DNA from: Lama glama | Lineage: Eukaryota | Assembly (NCBI GenBank): GCA_028534125.1 | Contig: CM052837.1 | Location: forward strand, 37,076,001 to 37,140,000 | Length of the DNA: 64,000 nucleotides | Reading direction: 5' to 3' | Shown here: positions 59,540 through 64,000 of the stretch, one piece after another | Layout: each line of letters opens with the position of its first letter | Numbering within the stretch: position 1 is the stretch's first letter | Translations under genes and position numbers: made by a program | The notes under the pieces: model-generated | What the model was told of the DNA's origin: nothing | What the model saw: only the letters and a program-made list of their open reading frames with translations | Databases searched by the model: none

Positions 59540-62500
59540 CATCCTTCCTGGTGGCACGTGTGGCCACGCGTCAGTGGCTGAGGCTTGTCTCCCCCGACGC
59601 ATCCTGGCTTTCTGTTGGTGCTGGCTTTTTTCCTCCTGAGGACGCTCTGGAGCTGCCATCACCCCTCTCCTGCACTCCACTCCTAAGTCCTGTCTTGGTG
59701 CGGCCTGTGCCTCGCGGGCCAGGGTCTGCACTGCCGCCCACCTGCCGTCAGCCCTCCACGAGTGTCCGCTTGCCAGGCCTCAGCGCCGGGACTTGGCGCC
59801 CACAGGGAGGCCCGTGGGCATCCAGGGTGCTCTGGGGCGGGGCGCATCGGTACTTCGAAGCACCGGCCGGTCTGGTGGTGCTCTTGGGCCTCAGCCTTCC
59901 TCGCAGCCCCAGCCCTGCTGGCGTTGGCTGCGCCTGAGATGCCGGACCCCTGCCCCCCCACTGTCTCCTCCACAGTTTGGATCTCTGTCGGCCTAGGGCC
60001 CAGCTGACTTTGGCCCCTGCGTGTCGGCCCCCTGTTCTTGGGGCCTGGCACTGACAGGTGCCTGGTCCACCCATCAGCTCTGATGACCTCGGGAGGCATG
60101 AGGCTGTGGTCGGTGCCCTGTCCCACACCTGCCTCTGCTGACCCTCCCGTCTGTGAGCCGGGCTTTGACCTGGTGCTGCGCAGACCTGAGTCCTTTGGGA
60201 TTTGTGCAGGGCGTCCCCATCCCTGCCCCACTCTGGTGGCCACGGCCCTGCCCAGTGGGCCCCTCTCCCGCGTGAGGGCTTGTGTGTCAGGCCTGCAGTA
60301 TGTCCCTGAGGTGGGGGCTGACAGAGGGGCCAGGGTGGGACAGCCCTGCCGTCCATAGCGCTCCCTTCAGGATGTCCACGCGTGCCTCTGGCTGACTCTG
60401 AGGGTCTCAGTCACTGAGCCAGTAGTTGACCCGGATCTGAGGTCAGAGGTCAGGCTCAGGCTGACGAGAAGACCCAGGTCAGGCCAAAAGCCAGGGCCGC
60501 ATTTGGCCAGTCGGGCCCAGAGCTGGGGAGCTCAGGGGAGCCAGGCGCAAGGTGAGCATCCCCATCGGGCTGACGTGGTGCCACTGTGGCGTCCCTCGGG
60601 TCAGCGCCTGTCTTGGTGGGGGGGTGTGGCCCATCCCGCTGCAGGCTTCAGGGGCATTTGTTCTGTTGGTTCTGGTCCAGGAGGCCCTGCCCCAGAGTCC
60701 ACGTTAAGCTGGGAGTGAGCTGCCCTCTGCCCTGGGGCCCTCTTCACCACCAAGTGCAGGGTCTGGGGCAGAGTGGGAATCTCTGCTCCCTAGGCCCACT
60801 TCAGGAGTGCTGGGATGTGGTGGTTTGACTGTCCAGTCCCCCCCCCACCCTGCACAGAGGCGCTGACGTCACCATAAAAACACCCAGGAACACAGAGTGG
60901 TCTGGCTGAACTCCCAACAAAGGTGCAGGCAGGGACCAGGCCAGGTGTGCGGGTTAGAGACCGCTGGAGGTTCTGGACCTGAGGCTGTGTCTCCGGGTCG
61001 GTCTTCCGTGTTGTCCTGTCCGGGGCAGCACTTTGGGGCAGGTGGGCCCAGACTGAACAGGTGAAGGTGGTTGGGTCTGGGTGCGGAGGCCGGTCTGGGC
61101 TGGGTGTGGTTCTGGGTGGGACAGTGCTGGAACCTGTTCTTGGCTGATCCCAGTCACCACCCCCACCCCACCTGGCTTGTACAGGCCAGGCTGGCCTCCA
61201 TCTCTCCAGGCAGCTCACCCATCAGCCGTGGAGCTGCCCTCGGCCCCCGAGCTGTGTGTGCTGCCCACCCAGACTGGGCCTCCTGGCCAGTCTCCACTCC
61301 CTGTTTGCCCCAGACTTGGCCAAGGCACCAGGACTGATCAGCAGACACTTCAGGGCAGCCCCTGGTCAGCTTAGGTCCCTTGTCCAGAACTTTCATGCAA
61401 CCAGGGACGACCTGTTTTTCCTGGCTGCCCCCTTTACATGTGTCCACTTTCGCTGCCACCCTGTCCAAAAGTTCCTCCCAGCCAGGTAGCCCTGCCCCGT
61501 GGGCCCTATGCCTGTAAGTGCAGATGCTGGCAGCCCTCCTGGGGCCCCACGCCCTGAGCCAGCCCTGCAGGAAGACGGGGAGCAGAGCTTCCTGGGGACC
61601 GTGTGGGTTGGGATTCCTGGGTGGTGGGCGCCCCACCCTCTGCACCTACTCCGGTCCCACCAGCCGTGCTGCGTGCTGACCCCAGCCGCCAGGTTGCACG
61701 GGGTGGGGCTGGCAGCAGCTGCACTGAGGCACGGCTCAGTACTGAGGGTTGGCTGCCCAGGCGCTCAGAACTGGAGCTCCTGGGGTCCCTCCCCACCGCT
61801 GGGGCTGGGGGAAGTGGGGCCTCTGCTCGGGGTTCCCACCTGGACGCTGGGATGAGGGCCATGATGGGAGACTTTCACCAGCCAGGACGCCACGGCTGTG
61901 CCACTTCCAGAACCAGCGAGGGGCCTGCCTGGCTCTAACCTGTCCTTTCTCAGCTGTGACCCAGGGCAGCTCACGCCCTGGCCGAGCCCTGACCCCGCTA
62001 GGTCGGCTGCAAGGCCTCGGGTGCTCGCGGGCACAGAGCACCTGTCGGGTTCAGAGACTCCTGGGCGGGCACATGGGTGGGGGACCAGATGGGGTCCAGC
62101 CAAGGGCACTTGCTGACTGGCTCACGTGAGTGGAGGGCAGTTCCTTGGAGCGTGTGGACATGCACATGAGTGTCCTGCGTGCCTGTGAGCCATGGACGTG
62201 GATTGATGGTGTTAGTTGTAGCCGCTAGACCAGGTGCCCTCTGCTGGCTTCTGCTTGGGTCTGCAGGGCCCACCTATGTGTCAGGGTGTGGGTCCCAGGA
62301 CCCCAGCACCCAGCACCCAGTGCAAGGCATCCACCAGCACTGCGGCATCCATAGCATCCAGCCATGAGTTCACAGGCTTGGGCAGCTCTCGGGCCACAAG
62401 TCTCAGACCTCCCTTACTTGAGATGCTCAGGTCAGGAGCATTGACCGCCAGGCAGGATGACAGGGCAGGGCTGGGGCGGGACACAGGACACCTGGTGCAA

Positions 62501-63457
62501 GGCTGTGGAGCTGACTGGGTCCTGCAGCCCCACCTGGTTGCTAGGGGTCTGGGGGAGGAGCAAAAGTGCCCACCCCTCCGGCAGCATCCAGCCCCGACCT
62601 TTACCCACGACCCCTCACAGTCTCCAGCGAATATCACGTCCCCGACTGTCCTGTGCATCCTGAGTGTCCTGTGCCGGACCCGTCTCCCCCAGAGCATCTC
62701 TGCCCCCAGAAGCTGAACCCAGAGCAGGGTCAGAGTGGCCCTGGCAGCCTCGGCACACAGCGCTCAGCACCCCCCGACACACACTGGCTACCCGAGAGAG
62801 GGGGCCTGTCAGGTCCAGGTTCGGGTAGAGTGGGTCTGGTCAGGGCAGGCCCTGGGGCCCAGCTGGGCACCCCCTAGCACTGGTCACCGGTCCCAGCCTG
62901 GGGCTGTCCGGGCAGGTGGGGAGGCTTGGGGAGAGGCCTTGCTTGGCAGGCCCTCGCAGACTGGGGAGGGGCTTGTGGAGAAGTGGCCAGTGCAGAGGAG
63001 GCTTCCTGGGGGCCAGTGTGGGCTGGGTCATTGGAGAGACCTACGTGTGGCTCTGGTTTGGGGTCCTGGGTCCTGGAGGCGATGATGGGTGAGTGGGGGG
63101 GTTGGGGTCTAGTTTGACTCCCAGGGTCCAGGTGCTGCTCCAGGCCGCCCCCCAGGCTGCCAGAGACCCCAGGCCCATCTCCCACAGTGTGCTGCATGGG
63201 GCCACTTGTGGTGCCCTTGTCCATGAGGCGCCTCCCCTGTGAGCCTCTTTAGGACAGACCCTGTGGCGTGAGGGTTGAAGGTGTTGACCCCTTGCTGCCT
63301 TGCGTCCCTGCCCTGCAGCGTCACGGGGTTCTTCTCCCTGGGGCGCCCATGCCCCCAGCTCAGGGGAACGTCCTGGCCAGCAGATGGGAAGAGTGGAGAG
63401 TGGGGGAGGGGTGGGCCGGGGGTGGGCCAGGCAGTGACGTCGGTGGGCAAGGGCCTC

Positions 63458-63539
63458 ATAAGCTGCGGCCTCCCTGTGGCTGCAGCAGGACCTGGCTGGA
63501 CGGGAGTGCGCGAGACTGAGGGCTCTCGGACGGGAGCAG
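63458..63539 (+). other. COL20A1: Probable non-coding first exon of COL20A1; the CDS lies beyond the window
   Basis: Synteny (next gene after ARFGAP1). ataagctgcggcctccctgtggctgcagcaggacc resembles the human COL20A1 mRNA 5' end as recalled. TGACGTC at 63435-63441; donor cag|gttggt at 63540. Confidence 0.45.
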
Positions 63540-64000
63540 GTTGGTGACTCATCTGGGGGCCGGGGCCACCGGGGATGTGCCCAGGTCTGTGATCTGAGGA
63601 TGACCTTGACCTCCTAGAAAGGTTAGGGGGGAGTGGAGCTCCTGGGGAGGGGGCATCAGGACCAGAGGCACAGTCAGAGTGGGGCTGGGGTCTGACCCCC
63701 GGGCTACGGGGCAGAGAGGAGTCCTGCTCCCAGCACTGGCCTCCGTGTCCCTGGAAGGGGTCTCACCGGGTTTCTGGGGAGAGGAGGGGTCTGGCTTCAG
63801 AATGTGAATCAGGAGGGCCAAGGACCTGGGGTGCCCAGAGAGCCCCTCCACAGCCCTGAGGACCCCCACAACCTTGGCTGCCCTGGGGGTGTCCGGGGCC
63901 CTGAGAGCCTGCGCTGCGTGTCCCTTCTGCTGTCAGCAGAGGCGCAGAGGCCCTGAGGTCCCAACCCCGCTTCAGGGCTTCTCCCCACCACTCGCTGGTA

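Noticed and set aside
59600-63400. Many 100-200 aa ORFs between ARFGAP1 and COL20A1
   Set aside because: No domain similarity or consistent exon structure; 3' UTR or intergenic GC-rich sequence.

Overview
GC-rich mammalian genomic DNA, not prokaryotic. It is syntenic with human 20q13.33 but is from a non-human species: I recognise no Alu or other young lineage SINE. Gene order is YTHDF1 (-, 5 coding exons, 557 aa), BIRC7/Livin (+), NKAIN4 (-, 7 exons, 207 aa), ARFGAP1 (+, 12 constitutive coding exons, 420 aa), and probably the non-coding first exon of COL20A1 at the right edge. I rebuilt all exons by hand from GT/AG sites and reading phase; all four CDSs are intact. Nearly all entries in the six-frame ORF track are GC-content artefacts. 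The main finding is an intact 204-nt phase-1/phase-1 exon in BIRC7 (21564-21767). It encodes an IAP-type UBA ubiquitin-binding domain (..MGF..25 aa..LVADLL..) that canonical human Livin (BIR-RING only) lacks, implying a BIR-UBA-RING Livin or a UBA on/off splice switch in this mammal. Secondary findings are a pure (CCG)24 tract and an overlapping uORF in the YTHDF1 leader, a candidate dual-acceptor poison/in-frame exon in YTHDF1 intron 3, ARFGAP1 alternative exons around the ALPS motifs, an 8-aa tandem duplication in the ARFGAP1 tail, and a strongly GC/CpG-shifted old L1 fragment. Comparisons with human proteins and repeat consensuses are from memory; no database search was run.
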